A DNA stretch of 64,000 nt from Tubiluchus corallicola (lineage: Eukaryota; Animalia; Priapulida): NCBI GenBank assembly GCA_030141605.1, contig JAQGDQ010000908.1:1-64000 (forward strand). Direction: 5' to 3'. Made by a program: the position numbers and the translations under genes. The notes beneath the pieces are model-generated. The model worked only from the letters and a program-made list of their open reading frames with translations, had not been told where the DNA came from and did no database searches. Shown one piece after another: positions 61,497 to 64,000 of the stretch (its first letter is position 1; each line of letters opens with the position of its first letter).

Positions 61497-64000
61497 GGAA
61501 GTCCTCTGTCCTCTTGGAAGTCCTCTGTCCTTTTGGCTATCTTCAATCCTATAGGAAGTTATCTAGGAAGACATATGTCTTCATGGAATTTCTGTGTCCT
61601 CTAGGAAGTCCTCTGTCTTCTTGGAAGTCCTCTGTCCTTTTGGTTATCTTCAACCCTCTGGGAAGTCTTCTAGGAGATCCTCTGTCCCCGAGAAGTCCTC
61701 TTTCCTCCACAAGTCTTCTGTCTTCTAGGAAGTGCTCTAGGAAATCATCTAGGAAGACCTCTGTCCTTTTGGAAGTCTTTTATCTTCCAGGAACTCATCT
61801 AGGAAATCATTTAGGAAGACCTTTGTCTTCTGGGAAGTCCTCTGTCCTTTTGGCTATCTTCAATCCTATAGGAAGTTATCTAGGAAGACAACTGTTTTCA
61901 AAAAAATTCTGTGTCTTCTTCGAAGTCCTGTGTCCTTTTGGTTATCTTCAATCCTCTAAGAAGTCTTCTAGGAGATCCTCTGTCCTCCAAGAAGTCCTCT
62001 TTCCTCTAGAAGTCTTCTGTCTTCTAGGAAGTCCTCTAGGAAATCATTTAGGAAGACCTTTGTCTTCTGGGAAGTCCTCTGTCCTTTTGGAAGTCCTCTG
62101 TCCTTTTGGCTATCTTCAATCCTATAGGAAGTCAACTAGGAAGACATTTGTCTTCAAGGAAATTCGGTTTCCTTTTGGTGTCCTCTGTCTTCTTGTAAGT
62201 CCTCTGTCCTTTTGGATGTCTTCAATCCTCTAAGAAGTCTTCTAGGAGAACCTCTGTTTCCCGAGAAGTCCTCTTTCCTCTACAAGTCTTCTATCTTCTA
62301 GGAAGTCCTCTAGGAAATCATTTAGGAAGACCTTTGTCTTCTGGGAAGTCCTCTGTCCTTTTGGAAGTCCTCTGTCCTTTTGGCTATCTTCAATCCTATA
62401 GGAAGTCATCTAGGAAGACATTTGTCTTCAAGGAAATTCTGTGTCCTCTTGCAAGTCCTCTGTCTTCTTTGAAGTCCTCTGTCCTTTTGGTTATCTTCAA
62501 CCCTCTACGAAGTCTTCCAGGAGATCCTCTGTCCCCCGGGAAGTCCTCTTTCCTCGACAAGTCTTCTGTCTTCTAGGAAGTCCTGTAGGAAATCATCTAG
62601 GAAGACCTTTGTCTTCTAGGAAGTCCTCTGTCCTTTTGGAAGCCCCCTGTCCTCTACAAAGTCCTCTGTCCTTTTGGAAGTCTTTTATCCTCCAGGAAGT
62701 CATCTAGGAAGACATTTGTCTTCAAGGAAATTCTGTGTCCTCTTGGAAGTCCACTGTGTTTTTTCAAGTCCTCTGTCCTTTTGGATATCTTCAATCCTCT
62801 AGGAAGTCGTCTAGAACGACATTTGTCTTCAAGGAAATTCGGTTTCCTTTTGGTGTCCTCTGTCTTCTTGTAAGTCCTCTGTCCTTTTGGATGTCTTCAA
62901 TCCTCTAAGAAGTCTTCTAGGAGAACCTCTGTTTCCCGAGAAGTCCTCTTTCCTCTACAAGTCTTCTGTCTTCTAGGAAGTCCTGTAGGGAATCAGGGAA
63001 GACCTTTGTCTTCTTGGAAGTCCTCTGTCATTTTGGAAGTCTTTTATCTTCCAGGAAGTCATCTAGGAAGACATCTGTTTTCAAAAAAATTCTGTGTCTT
63101 CTTGGAAGTCCTGTGTCCTTTTGGTTATCTTCAATCCTCTAAGAAGTGTTCTAGGAGATCCTCTGTCCTCCAAGAAGTCCTCATTCCTCTAGAAGTCTTC
63201 TGTCTTCTAGGAAGTCCTCTAGGAAATCATTTAGGAAGACCTTTGTCTTCTGGGAAGTCCTCTGTCCTTTTGGAAGCCCTCTGTCCTCTAGAAAGTCCTC
63301 TGTCCTTTTGGAAGCCCCCTGTCCTCTACAAAGTCCTCTGTCTTTTGGAAGTCTTTTATCCCCCAGGAAGTCATCTAGGAGGACAATTGTCTTCAAAGAA
63401 ATTCTGTGTCTTCTTGGAAGTCCTGTGTCCTCTTGGTAATCTTCAACCCTCTAGGAAGTCTTCCAGGAGATCCTCTGTCCCCCAGGAATCCTCTTTCCTC
63501 GACAAGTCTTCTGTCTTCTAGGAAGTCCTGTAGGAAATCATCTAGGAAGACCTTTGTCTTCTAGGAAGTCCTCTGTCCTTTTGGAAGCCCTCTGTCCTCT
63601 AGAAAGTCCTCTGTCCTTTTGGAAGCCCCCTGTCCTCTACAAAGTCCTCTGTCTTTTTGGAAGTCTTTTATCCTCCAGGAAGTCATCTAGGAGGACAATT
63701 GTCTTCAAGGAAATTCTGTGTCCTCTTGGAAGACCTCTGTCTTCTTGGAAGTCCTCTGTCATTTTGGAAGTCTTTTATCTTCCAGGAAGTCATCCAGGAA
63801 GACATTTGTCTTCAAGAAAATTCTGTGTCCTCTAGGAAATCCTTTATGAACTTTTCTGTCCTCCTGGAAGTCCTCTGCCCTTTTGGAAGTCATCTAGGAA
63901 GTCCTCTAGGGAATTGTTTAGGAAGATTTTGTCTTGCAGGAAGTCCTCTGTGTTTTTGGAAGTTCTCTGTCTTCTTGGAAGGCCTCTGTCCTTTTGGATA
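61497..64000. repeat. Satellite array of ~20 bp subunits with ~255-320 bp higher-order blocks
   Basis: Recurrent ggaagtcctctgtcctttt/cttcta; landmark ggctatcttcaatcctataggaag at about 61535, 61852, 62108 and 62382; continues past the window end. Confidence 0.95.

Noticed and set aside
61514-63835. Several 70-240 aa ORFs
   Set aside because: Stop-poor frames of the satellite; repetitive peptides with no domain

Overview
AT-rich animal genomic DNA, most likely an invertebrate (spliceosomal introns, microsatellites, a 5S rRNA pseudogene, many decayed LINE, Gypsy and piggyBac remnants). Host genes look like Golgi-type glycan modifiers: two spliced exons of a CHST15-like sulfotransferase (-), a DUF268 methyltransferase-like gene, an intact GT10 alpha-1,3-fucosyltransferase and an FkbM/Star-like methyltransferase. 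The standout is a BEL/Pao LTR retrotransposon (about 56112-61496) nested in a Gypsy element. Its Gag-protease ORF carries an in-frame, intronless glycogenin (GT8) catalytic domain with the key catalytic residues intact, between an N-terminal SAP motif and a PAM2-like motif plus the Gag core. The element runs into a satellite array before any integrase is seen. All family assignments come from motif recognition by eye; no searches were run.
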